64,000 nt of DNA, from NCBI RefSeq assembly GCF_902652985.1, contig NC_047023.1:33480001-33544000 (forward strand), in the 5' to 3' direction. The notes beneath the pieces are model-generated. The model was not told the DNA's origin, searched no databases, and was given only the letters and a program-made list of their open reading frames with translations. Source of the stretch: Pecten maximus. Its lineage: Eukaryota. Made by a program: the position numbers and the translations under genes. Positions 40,401-53,873 of the stretch are shown here, one piece after another. Within the stretch, counting starts at the first letter, position 1; the number at the start of each line of letters is the position of its first letter.

Positions 40401-43400
40401 AGATATATGTCTAAAATTCATCAAATCTTTTATTTTGGAAAACTGCAGAGAACTTTATATCTGGATAATGAATTTTATTGATTTTTTTTATCGTGATGTT
40501 TTGGCCTATATCTAATAGAAGCTGCTAAATTACTTTACTAATTCATTAACCAAACTAACCAAACAGAGGCTATATATATACATTATTACTGTAGTGTAGC
40601 CTGTAGAACAATGTAATATTTGGACCATTCTAAAGTGTCCCAATTCAAGCGTTTCAAATTTTCTCACAAAAGTCTATATAATTGAACTACCGAGGTACGC
40701 CCTCCGCACCCCTGATCTCGGACACTGAGTCCTGAGATTCTTATATTATTTAGTGTCCAAAGTCAGCGAGTCAATGTTTTTGAAATCTCATATTTCTGCC
40801 TTTTTCTTGTATTTTCTTATATTCAATGTTTACATATAACTATTCAAAATTAGTTTTTGAGCCTGCAGGTTTATTACAAAAAAATATCGCTACAAATTTC
40901 TGTTCATGCTGTGTTTTTGTCATCTTGAAAGCATGGATGATATTTTACTTTATTGCATGTTTATAGTCAAATATTGGTATTTGACATCTAGCTCTTATCT
41001 TACAAATGAACTTAGTGTCTCTGCTGAAGTCTAACATATTGAATCAAACATATCTGAAAGGTCGATAACAATAGAAATCCTGCCTTGGTATAGGTCTTTA
41101 AAAGTGCAGCAGAACTGGACTGGGCTGAACGTTTAACGCTGGTGGCCAGGTAGCAGAAATGGTTAGAGGGACTCTGTCTTGAGTTTGGAGGTCCAAGGTT
41201 CGAATCCCAGCCTGGTCGCTGCATTTTCCCTCTCCTGTTCATGTTACAAAAGAAATTTTGTTTGACGTGGTACAGGCTACACTTAACTGTGCATATGATG
41301 TACTGATATGCTAGTACAGCAATTTAAATCAATTAACTGTAACAAGTATCTCAATGTAACTAGACTCCATCTACAATACTTAATGTACTTATATTAATGT
41401 ATAAGTCCTTTGTGGATTATGTTAGAATATGGTGTTAAAATGTGTTAAAATAAACATCAGTTGTGAATAGACATTAATGCATCACAGCCAGTATTGAATT
41501 GTATTGTGATATTTCAATGATTTTACTCTGTCAACTTCATCAGACAAGTGCTCAGTACTGATTGTATCAAATTGACAGGTCTTTTCATCTTCAGAGATAT
41601 GAGTTGATTTTGCTATGCTTTCTTTGCGTGAAATCAAAGTTCACTGCTCATCTGGACATCAGTTTTGTATATTAGTTTAGACTTTTTCCCTTCCTTTTGA
41701 AAAATAACTTTTGATAACTTTTAGATTTAGAGATCAGGGTGGTGTAATTTCATGGTGATTTGGTTTGTTTATCTATATTAACACTATTTGATTATGAGTT
41801 ACTACATTTTTCAGCAAGAAATAGTCTTAAATTCTGTTTCGATATACAATCTATATACATATATGTGTTAATTGAAATCTTGAGTAATAAGAATCACTCA
41901 TTTCAAAACTTTTTCCTACTTTAATTGAATATTTGAACTGTTATTTGGGAATTCGAATTACAATTTAAATTTTTGTATAATTTTTTTAAGTTGGACAATA
42001 AAGAAAGGTGTACAGGAACTTGGCACAAATGCCCAATCAGTATGTGTCATTGTGGGTATTGAATTACATGTGTTGTTATATAGCTTTAATTATATAGATG
42101 TTGGGGTGGGGAGTTACACACAGTGCAAAAGCTTGTGGACTTTATTGGTAAAGTATATAAAGTGGTGTATGTAAATAAAGATTGGTAATTAACTTAAGCT
42201 TCAAACACGTCTTCGTTTTGAATTGAAGCTTATGAAATCGTAGAACAGCTTTACGAAATGAAGGAACAAATTATACTCTTTTACAACTATTTTCTTTTTC
42301 AATTGATATTTTAATTTTATAGATAGCATTTAGAACAAACTTTGTATATATATATATACAGATTAGAATGCCAGATACTGACCATAGGCCGGTGGTTTTC
42401 TCCAGGTACTCTGGCTTTCCTCCACCTCCAAAACCTGGCACGTCCTTAAATGACCTTGGTTGTATACAATGGACGTTAAACAAAATAAAACTAAACCAAA
42501 ACAAATTATACAGAACATGGGACCGGTCTTTAGTTAGCTTTTAGATACTAATACCTGTATAACAACATGTACAATGCTGCTAATATATATATATATACAT
42601 GTATAAAATTCCTCTGCTCAGTCGCTGTTTACTGGTTTAGGCCACACTGGGACATTGTTTTAACCTTTCTTCACAGATCGTGATGATAGTAAAATTGTAC
42701 ATGTGTCTGTAATGAAAAGAAGTATGAAGTAACTGAAATTAACATAATGTAAAAACTTTTTTTATATATATATATAAACAAATTATGTATAAGTTAATTT
42801 GTACCAGTAATTAAGAAGTAAGTACTGTAATATTGTGTTGATAAAATCTGGTGTTTATAATTTAAAATTTCATATTCTTACATGACATTGTATTTGTTAT
42901 TAATACTGGTATGTATATGTTGATATATATATTATATATTGTACATTAATATGTTTGTGCTAGCTAACAAGTTGTATTGTCTGTTTGGACCCAGCTACTA
43001 TAGTGCAGTGTTGTAAGTCACTGGTGTTAATACAGTCAATTGATTCCGTGATTCAGACCTAATCAAGATGCAAGTAAAAGTGTACTGATGGTTTGTGTAT
43101 GTATATGAAGGATATATCAAGTCACACAAATCTGTTGACTGACAACGTGTTTAGCTTGAAGCTATAATGTACCATTCTGAGGACTCCACTTCTGTGTAGA
43201 GTACGATATACAGCCTTGGGGATCCGGAGAAGTCTTTGGATTGTGATGAAACCTTATATAAAATTTTAGCAGAATACCTGTTCTGTTAGCATGATACATA
43301 TTCTATTGAAACTGAGATGCATATTGTAGTAATTAATAAGACAGCTTGGTTATTTTCATTAGCTGGTTAATGTTGGATCCTGTGTATTTAACACTGGCTT

Positions 43401-46400
43401 TTTCAGTTGTATGCTTGATTAGAGTTTTGTCTGCCAGATGCTATTTATTTTTCCCTCACCAATATATATATATACTACCAAAGAGTTTGCACTTAATCTG
43501 TCAGTTTATGTGACACCTTGTCGACTGTGCCTCTCGTTTACTCAGAATTTGCTTTCACTTTACATACTGGTATACGAAAAGTTTTTCTTGTCAGAATGTG
43601 AATTGTTCTTCAGATGTTGAATGTCTGATATCAAATCAGTCTTAACACACTTTTATTAGCACTATGTATAGCTTATAGATGTATTGTTCACCATGCCTAA
43701 CTCAAGGGACTGCATACATATCTGATAATTATATCTGCAAGTCTGCATGTGAGTTATGATTAAAATGTGCCTCTATGAAGGGCAATGCGATTATATGTAC
43801 AGTTAATATAACAATACCTTCTAAAGTTCTCCCTCTAATAAAAAAACATGTTTTTGACTAGTTAAAAGTTTGCCTTAATGACAATGACAATATGTGAGAT
43901 GTTTTGCTACATTGTTATATTCATTCTCTACTCACTCTGTGAAAATGATTAAAGTTATAAACCGTAGCAGATGTTTTGTTAAATGCCTGGCCAGATTTCA
44001 TATGACTTTGCATGTAATACAGGTTTATATAAATCAGTTATAGATTAGTTATCATATGATGATGAACAGGACTATATTTCTATAACTCCTGTTTTATATC
44101 CTTAGTCTTAAGGGAAGGTGTATTTCATTATTACTTGATCAGTTTATTTGATTACCTGAGTTAGTGTAGCTTCACACCTTGATTACCTGAGTAAGTGTAG
44201 CTTCACACCTTGATTACCTGAGTTAATGTAGTTCCACACCTTAATTAACTGAGTTAGTGTAGTTCCACACCTTGATTACCTGAGTTAGTGTAGCTTCACA
44301 CCTTGATTACCTGAGTAAGTGTAGCTTCACACCTTGATTACCTGAGCTAGTGTAGTTTCACACCTTGATTACCTGAGTTAGTGTAGTTCCACAACTTGAT
44401 TACCTGAGTTAGTGTAGTTCCACACCTTGATTACCTGAGTTAGTGTAACTTCACACCTTGATTACCTGAGTTAGTGTAGTTCCACACCTTGATTACCTGA
44501 GTTATTTCATTAATTTTCAATTTTACATTGGTTTCCAGTGCATAGATAGCCTGCAAAATGTCCAGGCAAAGACCAATGGTGCAGTTCAGGGCAAAAAGCG
44601 GATAACCCAGACCTACAGTAAATGTAAGTACAAAAAATGTGTTGGCTCTGTAATACAGCCACTAGTACTTCTTAATTCCATTCCAGCAGCAACAAGATGG
44701 TTGCTGAGGATTTGAAAAAAGAAATCTGTTTCCACTGACATGGCAAAAAATGGGGAAGGACCATCTTTTATTTGCGAAATAGCTTTTACTAAGGTTAAAG
44801 AGAAAAACAAATCTTGACTTTCATAATTTCATAATTCTTCCATGTCAAAAGCACTGTTCAATCCCTAAACTGATATGGTATACATGTTTATGTATTGAAG
44901 GCTGACTTTGAAGACTTATACAGTGTAGTGATGGAGTACATAAAGGGAGATGTACATGAGTTTGGGTGTGACTATATAGTTACTGTAATAGTTCAACTAA
45001 AATATATATAATTTAAAGTGTGTTGATTGAGGTAGGTAATTAATCGCTATCATTATATAAAAAGATAAAAAAAGAATTCACATTAACTTACTTCACATGA
45101 TCAGCTGAAAGATGAACTGGTGCCCTATTGGTTATATCAGTAACCTTAGTAGGTAAAGGTAAGTCCAGAAATATGTAACCTACACCTGTCCTATTTCGCA
45201 TATACCCTATACAATCATAGGACATACTATCATTAGAGTTCTATATAAGTGCAGTTGTTAAGGATATTTTGAATGATATTTTGACTGAATACCACTAAGC
45301 CTGTCGCCTATTAGTAGAGTTGAAGAAATCTGCTGGACAGCAGGCAAAATCTACCATGTTTATAATAGATATTTTTTTTATTTTTTGAAGTATGGACTTG
45401 TGTGTGAAATCTTTGGCCTTGTTTCCATGTTTTTTGTTGTTGTACAGTGATGGACATTCAGCAGTACCTTGACCCATCTTATACCGACGAGATGACTGTG
45501 TCAGACTCTGCCAAGGCCGATACACTTATTGCAGGTTAGTATCCACAGAACCACTTCTGTATACCACGGTATCCTGTCAAAAATATTTTATCAGAGTACC
45601 TCTTCATCACACATGCATGTTGTCGTCAAGTTCTTTACTGCTTGAAAATCTTCTGGCTCAGGTCTCGACCTATCTCTTTGGATAGCATTTATTATCTTCA
45701 GCAGCATCTCGATTCAGTCTCCAATTTACACACCATAGTATTAAGCATCAGCTTCAACACCAGATAAAATTTTGGTGATTATCAGTCAAGGTTAAGGGGC
45801 CCAGGTCAAAGGTTACCCATTACAATTTTTGAAATGAAAAGCATCATACAAAATGTATTCGTAATTCATATGCAGTACCATAACACCAACTTCAGAAACC
45901 TACACCTGATTAATTTTCAGGTAAGGTTATGGGGTGGAAGGCTATGTATTATAACTTTTGAAATAAAAAGCATTTGAAAAGTACAAACTTAATCAAACCT
46001 TAAACACATGTTGTTAATATTCATGCCCTAGTATAACTTTAAACATATAGTTCATATTCCTACTATATACTAATCAAAGTAACAGGACATCAAGTTCTGT
46101 ACACCTGATGATATATTAATGGTCATCACTTATGGTTGAAAGGTTAAAGGTCACGCTTGCCCTCATTTGAAATATTTCAGGCAGTTATATAATTACATAC
46201 CAGTAGACCATGGCCACCTGCTGCTGATGAAGTAGCTATAGGGATACATTTTGTATATTGATGATGGAGTAAAGATATATTGATGATGGAGTAGAGATAT
46301 ATTGATGATGGAGTAGAGATATATTGATGATGGAGTAGAGATATATTGATGATGGAGTAGAGATATATTGATGGAGTAGGGATATATTGATGATGGAGTA

Positions 46401-49400
46401 GAGATATATTGATGATGGAGTAGAGATATATTGATGATGGAGTAGAGATATATTGATGATGGAGTGGAAATCATGTAAGAGTTTGGCTGGCCAGCACTCG
46501 GCAAGCCTCGTGCTGACTGGCCAAACTCTTACACTCGGGTTGAGATATCCCTGTCCACGGAACAGACCGGTGATAGATTCTATTAATCCCCACTTGCTAA
46601 TTTTGTTTTCATTTTCAGATGAGGATTTTATCCGCCAGCAGACTGTTCGACTGGAAACAATGGAAACACTTAAGGATTGTATAAACAGTGAACATTTGAA
46701 AGGTATAAACATATAAACTGGAAGGTTAATCAAGTCAACTATTCTTTAGACTTGCCGAGGTTATAAACCAAATTCTTTACCATGTCTGAGGATATACATT
46801 GACTGTATCCATTTCCCTTTTGCCTACATAATGGTTGGCCATTTTCTTCCACCATTAACCAGCATTTTTAGTTCACATGGCACAGATCTAGAGCGCCATT
46901 GAGCTGAAACTATATGGCCAGGAGTGGTCATCAAGAATCATCTTGCTTTCCAGAAGATTGAGAGCCCTATAGCTATACATGTATATTGTCAGTGGGTCTC
47001 AAACACGGAGTGCTATAAAGTTTCCTCGTCTAATTTACCTTGACCTATTTTCAAGGTCACCAGAATCATGTAGAGAATAGTCCTCCGAGAATCTTTTTCA
47101 CAAGTTCTAGAAGACCAAGATGCCTGTTATTTATCTAGTAGGTACCTTGGTTAGAGAGCTAGCTATAAAGTTTCTGAATACAATGCAGTGACCTTGACCT
47201 ATTATAAAGGTCACAGTAGTGAAATATGTTAAAAACTTCAATAATTTTTTCCGAAACATCACTAACACAGTCAAGTTGAAATAGATATATTGCCATTATT
47301 CCTTGTAATTACTTAAAGCCATGAGAAAGATTCGGGCCCTCTGGGCCTCTTTTTGATGAAACATGACAATTGCAATGTAAAACAATTTTTGTTGTACATT
47401 TACACCATCATCTTTGCCTTTCAGTTGTAATTGTTTTGTCCATTTTTAGCCCACCATCATCAGATGGTGGGCTATTCAAATCGCCCTGCGTCCGTGGTCC
47501 GTCGTCCGTCCGTCCGTCCGTCCGTCCGTCCGTCCCTCCGTCCGTAAACAATTCTTGTTATCGCTATTTCTCAGAAAGTACTGAAGGGATCTTTCTCAAA
47601 TTTCATATTTAGGTTCCCCTTGGTGCCTAGTTATGCATATTGCATTTTGAGACCAATCTGAAAACAACATGGCCGACAGGCAGCCATCTTGGATTTTGAC
47701 AATTGAAGTTTGTTATCGCTATTTCTCAGAAACTAATTAGGGGATCTTTCTGAAATTTCATATGTAGGTTCCCCTTGGTGCCTAGTTATGCATATTGCAT
47801 TTTGAGACCAATCTGAAAACAACATGGCCGACAGTCAGCCATCTTGGATTTTGACAATTGAAGTTTGTTATCGCTATTTCTCAGAAACTAATAAGGGGAT
47901 CTTTCTGAAATTTCATATGTAGGTCCCCTTCAGTGCCTAGTTATGCATATTGTATTTTGAGACTAATCGGAAAACAACATGGCCGACAGGCAGCCATCTT
48001 GGATTTTGACAATTGAAGTTTGTTATCGCTATTTCTGAGAAAGCACTGAAGGGATCTTTCTCAAATTTCATATAAAGGTTCCTCTTGGTGCCTAGTTATG
48101 CATATTGCATTTTGAGACCAATTGGAAAACAACATGGCCGACAGGCAGCCATCTTGGATTTTGACAATTGAAGTTTGTTATCGCTATTTCTCAGAAACTA
48201 ATGAAGGGATCTTTCTGAAATTTGATATGTAGGTTCCTCTCAGTGACTAGTTATGCACTTTGAATTTTGAGACTAATCGGAAAACAACATGGCCGACAGG
48301 CAGCCATCTTGGATTTTGACAATTGAAGTTTGTTATCGCTATTTCTCAGAAACTTATGAAGGGATCTTTCTGAAATTTCATATAAAGGTTTCTCTTGGTG
48401 CCTAGTTATACATATTGCATTTTGAGACCAATTGGAAAACAACATGGCCGACAGGCAGCCATCTTGGATTTTGACAATTGAAGTTTGTTATAGCTATTTC
48501 TCAGAAACTTATGAAAGGATCTTTCTGAAATTTCATATGTAGGTTTCCCTCGGTACCTAGTTATGCATATTGCATTTTGAGACTAATCTGAAAACAACAT
48601 GGCCGACAGGCAGCCATCTTGGATTTTGACAATTGAAGTTTGTTATAGCTATTTCTCAGAAACTTATGAAGGGATCTTTCTGAAATTTCAATTGTAGGTT
48701 TCCCTCGGTGCCTAGTTATGCATATTGCATTTTGAGACTATTCGGAAAACAACAACATGGCCGACAGGCAGTCATCTTGGATTTTGACAATTGAAGTTTG
48801 TTATCGCTATTTCTCAGAAACTTATGAAGGGATCTTTCTCAAATTTCATATGTAGGTTTCCCTCAGTGCGTAGTTATGCATATTGCATTTTGAGACCAAT
48901 CGAAAAACAACATGGCCGACAGGCAGCCATCTTGGATTTTGACAATTGAAGATTGTTATCGCTATTTATCAGAAATTGCTGAAAGGATCTTTCTGAATTT
49001 CATTTGTAGGTTGCCCTCTGTGTCTAGTTATGCATATTGGATATTGAGACCAGTCAGAAAACAACCTGGCTGACAGGCAGCCATCTTGTATTTTGAAAAT
49101 TGAAGTTTGTTATCGCTATTGTACAGAAGGTACTGGAGGGATTTTTCTCAAATTTCATATGTAGGTTCCCCTTGGTCCCTGGTATTGCATCTTGGGACCA
49201 GTCGGAAAACAACATGGCCGACAGACAGCCATTATTGCTAAATCTTAAATTTTATATATAGGTTGCCCTTGTTTGAAAAGCACTAGAGGGCTGTTTCTGA
49301 ATTTACACAGATTAGTAAGACTTAGAGGAAGGGAAAAGTAGAGAAAAGATCAATCTGACATGGAACCTATAAAGATCATTCAATGGTGGGCGCCAAGATC

Positions 49401-52103
49401 CCTCTGGGATCTCTTGTTCTATATACAATTATCATAATCGCTAGTTCTGAGAAATTTCTGACAATGTTTTGTCATACATCAACAGAGTTTTCTCTATTGA
49501 TATCCTGATTTTGCAAGGTAATTTTTAGTGAAAAGAAAGAAAAACATGGCAATCAGGTGTCCATATTGAATTTCAGGGAAAAAGTTGTTTTCATTATGCA
49601 TCACGAAGAAATGATTCAGAAAGTACAGTAAAATATTTGTCATGTATAATTGTTTTCCTATTTTCATCATTTTATAAGTTCTTCCTTTTACTTTTATTTG
49701 AAGCATTACCAAAGAATACAAGTAAATTTCAGGAACTTAGCCGGGCCCAGCTGAACCAGCAGGTAATGACCATGTTAGCAATGCCTGGTAGGAAGTTTTG
49801 ACAATAACATAATCTATTTTATGCTGCTATTATTTACTAAGCAGAAGATATAGGTGTTATAATGGGGTTGGCGATATTTATGTATATTCCATGTGATTTG
49901 TAACACATTGTCAAATTCAATGTTAGTTTTTTGGGTGCTCTTGTGACAATAGTTGAGTAAGAGTTATTGACCTTAGACTGAGTGGCTTGGTAACAAGTCA
50001 TTGGTCTTAATGCAGAACATAAGATACACAAAAAGACATTTGGGTCTTCAAGCAATTAGTGAAAGGAATAGTGTTAGATTGATATTTTACTGTCAGCTTA
50101 CCGTTTATTAAAACCAAACTACATGTATATTTCAGTATTTTGATGAATATTTAAGTATTCAATCTTTAATAGATTAAGAAATAACTAAGACATGTTAAAG
50201 ATAACTGTTTTCAATGTCAATTAAAATTTTAAGATTTTCTTATTAATGTTTCATCTCAATTTCTTTAAACTCAGGACAAGACAGCCGAGATAACGGATGA
50301 TGTGAGGAATATACTCTCCGCATATAACAATATTGTATCCTTAACCAATTCTGCTTCTGCTACTTAAGTGAGAAGACATGTAATTTGACATGTATTTCTC
50401 CCATCATTCACAGATCTGTCTCTCGTTTTAACCAGTCAACCCCTAGGGTGGGATTTCTGTGTCTCTCCCAAGGGTATGACAGATAGCAGATGTTGGCAAC
50501 AATTCAATGACATCATGGCAACAATGCAATAATGTCGCTTCGACAATTTCACAAAAAAAAAAAAAATTATTTACCTTGGGGACTTGTGTAAGTTTCCCCC
50601 TAGGTCCTTAGCTATGCATATTGCATTTTGGGACCAATCGAAAAACAACATGGCCGACAGGCAGCCATTCTTGATTTTGACAATTGAAGTTTGTTATCGC
50701 TATTTCTCAGAAACAACTGAAGGGATCTTTCTTAAATTTATATGCAAGTTCCCCTTGGTCCCTAGTTATGCATATTGCATTTCGGGACCGATTGGACAAC
50801 AACATGGCAGACAGGTGGTCATCTTGGATTTTGACAATTGAAGTTTGTTATCGTTATTTCTCAGAATGTTTTTAAGGGATCTTTCTCATATTTCATATGT
50901 AGGTTCCCCTTGGTCCCTAGTTGTGCTTATTGCATTTTGGGACTGATCAGAAAACAACATGGCTGACAGGCTGCCATCTTGGATTTTGAAAATTGCTGGT
51001 TGTTCCTGCTATGTCGTGTTATATAAAGTTATTAAATGATTTGAAAGAAGAGTGAAAGAATGGGAAAAGAAGAGAAAAAGATCAGTCTTTCATTTGACTG
51101 ATGTGGATTGTTCAATAGTGGGCAGCAAGATCCCCCTGGGATCTCTTGTTAGGTCATCAAAAAAAATTTGACCCAATCAAAAACAATTTGGTCAGGATGA
51201 CCTATACTGATCGAGTTTCGTCTGTTGCCATGCACCCTGCATAAACTTTTCACTTTTCAAACTTCTCGAATTCCACTGGTGGGAATGAGCTGAATCTTGC
51301 CTGTTATGATCCTGAGATGGTCCTGACCAAGTGTTGTTATTTCTCGGGTCAGTCTGAAATCCAAGATGACCACCATGGCAAAACATATTTTAAACTTCTT
51401 CTCCAGTTCCACTTGTGCCATAGAGCTGGAAATTGGTGAGGATATTAAGGAAGGGGAGCCAACAAAGTGTTGTTATTTTTCAGCCTGGTAAGAACATGGC
51501 AGTGACTACAACCATTTTGTAACATGATTGCACAATCATGGTTTTCCAGAACAACACATATTTTAAACTTCTTCTTAAGTTCCACCAGTGACATTCAACT
51601 CAAACTTAGCTACAATGATCTTGAGATGGTCCTGACGAAGTGTTATTTTTCTTGTAAGTGCAAAATCCAAGATGGCTGCCATGACCCACAGTACCACTAT
51701 ACTTGCTACTGAGTATGTATACTATAATAGTACAAGGGTCTTTAGAGTCAGATGACCATTAAGGCCCATGGGCCCTCTTGTTGAAAGGTTTAGAATGTTA
51801 AATCCAAACCATAATTCCTAGAACAATGCTATTGGTGATGTGTTTTGATGTACACTTTAATTTTCTTTATCATCAAAGATTCTTAAAGATTTTTTTTTCT
51901 AAACGCAACAGACCATAAAGTCTGAAGTAAGAGTACATATATCTTAACATGAAGAGCTGTTGGTTGAAATGAGAGTGAAACAGGCTCTATGGGACACCTG
52001 TTTATCCTTAACTAGCCTTCAGGTTTCTATGGTATCCAAGCAGTTCGTACAATGGGATGAAACTGTGACCAAATTAGAAATGGCAAAACTTTCCAGAAAG
52101 TGA
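37449..52103 (+). CDS. DCTN3: Dynactin subunit 3 (p22/p24), 183 aa; exons 37449-37544, 44539-44623, 45448-45534, 46619-46702, 49704-49762, 50275-50334, 52023-52103
   Basis: Spliced product MADDQLDQLENRITLLESLVFG...QYLDPSYTDE...AKADTLIADEDFIRQQ...INSEHLKALP...SKQFVQWDE matches DCTN3 hallmarks (YLDP, EEQFI-like, SKQFVQWDE). Exons of 96, 85, 87, 84, 59, 60 and 81 nt join in frame at GT-AG sites. Confidence 0.92.
41144..41248 (+). mobile_element. tRNA-like SINE head / tRNA pseudogene in DCTN3 intron 1
   Basis: A box tagcagaaatgg, B box ggttcgaatcc, acceptor stem ggccagg/cctggtc; D and T stems are disrupted, so it is not called a functional tRNA. Confidence 0.55.
42369..42499 (+). mobile_element. 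5'-truncated V-domain SINE
   Basis: tgccagatactgaccataggccggtggttttctccaggtactctggctttcctccacc...ggacgttaaacaaaataaaactaaacc matches the 3' half of the family. Confidence 0.85.
44148..44503. repeat. 31-bp minisatellite, ~11.5 copies
   Basis: Unit ttgattacctgagttagtgtagttccacacc, ending 35 bp before the DCTN3 exon 2 acceptor. Confidence 0.95.
46254..46465. repeat. 22-bp minisatellite, ~9.5 copies
   Basis: Unit gatatattgatgatggagtaga. Confidence 0.95.
46866..47352 (+). mobile_element. Degenerate HINE-like element
   Basis: Starts ttttagttcac, has internal gaccttgacctatt blocks, ends with the palindrome gggccctctgggcctctt. Confidence 0.5.
47445..49418 (+). mobile_element. Full-length non-autonomous Helentron (HINE) carrying ~11 x 155-bp internal tandem repeats
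   Basis: 5' TT plus hairpin agcccaccatc-atca-gatggtgggct, (GTCC)n microsatellite, 155-bp units (aattgaagtt at 47701, 47856, 48011...), 3' subterminal IR atggtgggc and palindrome agatccctctgggatct followed by cttgtt. Confidence 0.88.
50585..51150 (+). mobile_element. 5'-truncated copy of the same HINE family (~2.7 repeat units)
   Basis: 155-bp-type units and 3' end caagatccccctgggatctcttgtt. Confidence 0.85.
51149..51782 (+). mobile_element. Second HINE family element, directly abutting the previous one
   Basis: 5' ttaggtcatc...gatgacctat inverted repeat, internal aaatccaagatgg blocks, 3' agatgacc plus palindrome aggcccatgggccct followed by cttgtt. Confidence 0.65.
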
Positions 52104-52256
52104 CTGGCCATTGTTTCCAGGAAGTGACTGGCCAATGTTTCCAGGAAGTGATTTGTCAATGTTCCCAGGAAGTGACTGACCTAGTCATTGTTTCCAGGAA
52201 ATGACTGGCCAATAGTTCAAGGAAGTGACTGACTTAGTCATTAATTCGCGAAAGTG
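52090..52256. repeat. ~24-bp minisatellite overlapping the DCTN3 stop codon
   Basis: Unit tttccaggaagtgactggccattg x~6; the first unit supplies the final codons and the TGA. Confidence 0.85.
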
Positions 52257-53708
52257 GCTTGGACTATTTAATTTAATTATCTGAACTGTATAGTCAGCAA
52301 CTAGTGCAATATGAAGTGGGGGAGTGACCGGTGGTCAGCAATTTTAAGTTGAAAGATGGATGGATGTACAGCTAACTAGTGGTCATTTTGAATAATGTTT
52401 TTTTTCTTCAAATTTTAAGTCTCTTTAATGCAACCCTGGAATGTAGCTGTATTCTATTCTGTAACCTGACTTTCTTTACTTAAATAGCCTTCAACATAAT
52501 TTGAATCAATAATCCAATCCCTTATATTTTAGAATTCATTAGTGCTTGCTTGGAAGATATACATACTGCTAAGTCGTGTTGTTTAGTTCCAGTATATTCA
52601 TCTGAAATCATGTTATAACTATGAGGAAGGTAAATTCAAGATGTGAGTATTTAAGTCTTTGATACAAGGAAGTCCTTAGGAGATCTGATTGTCACTTGAT
52701 TATTTCCAGTTCCATATTGTCTGTAAATTTTGGTGATAACCCAAACTTAGTCCAATTAATTATTTAGTCATTCCAATGAAAAGCCTGTGTTATGTGGCTA
52801 ATTGAAAGATTGGTGGTTTATGAGGATCTCTATAACATGATCTGTATTGTATTAATGTAAAGAGTATATGTTGAACTTATAATTCTGAGAGTGGTGTCCC
52901 ACCACTTTCCTTCCATTTAAACTTTAATTCTTTCCTAAGTTACTTTCGTGTTTAACTCCTTTTTGGGTTCTTTATGTTCATAAAAGACTTATCATAGGTT
53001 TGTGGGTCCTTTTAGGGAGCTAGACATCTTGAAATTATTCTAATAGTAAGGAACAACAATGAAATAAAAAGTATCATGATCTGTAGCCTAATGGATAGGA
53101 GCTCCATTTTATCATCTGAAGACCATGTGATGGAATCCCGGTTGTGATGCTCTGTTGTTTGGGGACAAGGAAACATTTAGTGAACATATAACTCTTTGCT
53201 TTGGTAAACAAGGAAGAAACTCTAGCCTCGAAAATTAGAACTCTTCAATGTACGAGGTTGTATGGAAAGTGTAGGGAGACCTTAATTGATGGACCTGTGT
53301 CAGTATACACAGCTATTGGTGGTACATCAACAGTATTTTGTACATTGTAAGAACTATGGAGGTGTATGACATGTATTGTTCATTTCTACTATAAATTCAT
53401 GGCTCATTTCTTTGATGATATGTACTGCTTTTATTGACAGACTTTGGTGTATACAACAATGGAAAGAAGGCAATTTTCATTTTGTTTTCACAAAAATAAA
53501 TATTAATAAAAGTCGGTATGAAGAATGTAAATACATAGTCTGTTGTTATTTTCTCCATTATTTTATGGATGGATCTTTTTAAATAAGATAATGTACCGGT
53601 ATTCAGCTAAAACGAAAAAATAGATCACAGACATTTGTAGTTAAAAATTGAATATCAATAATAAAATGCCTAGTATGGGTCTTGACTCTTTATAGAATAA
53701 GTCTTTTA

Positions 53709-53871
53709 GCGGGCCGCGGTGGGCGAGTGGAAACCTACGTGGGGCAGTTGTCTGGTATTGACCGTAGGCCGATGGTTTTCTCGGAGTACTCTGGCTTTCA
53801 TCCACCTCCAAAACCTGGAACGTCCTCAAATGATCCTGGCTGTTAATATGAGGTTAAACAAAAACAAACCA
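53709..53871 (+). mobile_element. V-domain SINE with an internal deletion of the tRNA region
   Basis: gggccgcggtgggcgagtgg is joined directly to aaacctacgtggggcag; V core and aaacaaaaacaaacc tail are present. Confidence 0.85.
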
Positions 53872-53873
53872 AA

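Larger units (their letters stand above)
50335..52022 (+). other. U12-type (minor spliceosome) GT-AG intron, DCTN3 intron 6
   Basis: 5' splice site GTATCCTT at 50335-50342; branch point TCCTTAAC at 52005-52012, 10 nt before the 3' junction; no polypyrimidine tract. Confidence 0.9.

Noticed and set aside
41144-41218. Functional tRNA gene
   Set aside because: D and T stems mispair and the anticodon loop is irregular; better explained as a SINE head or pseudogene.
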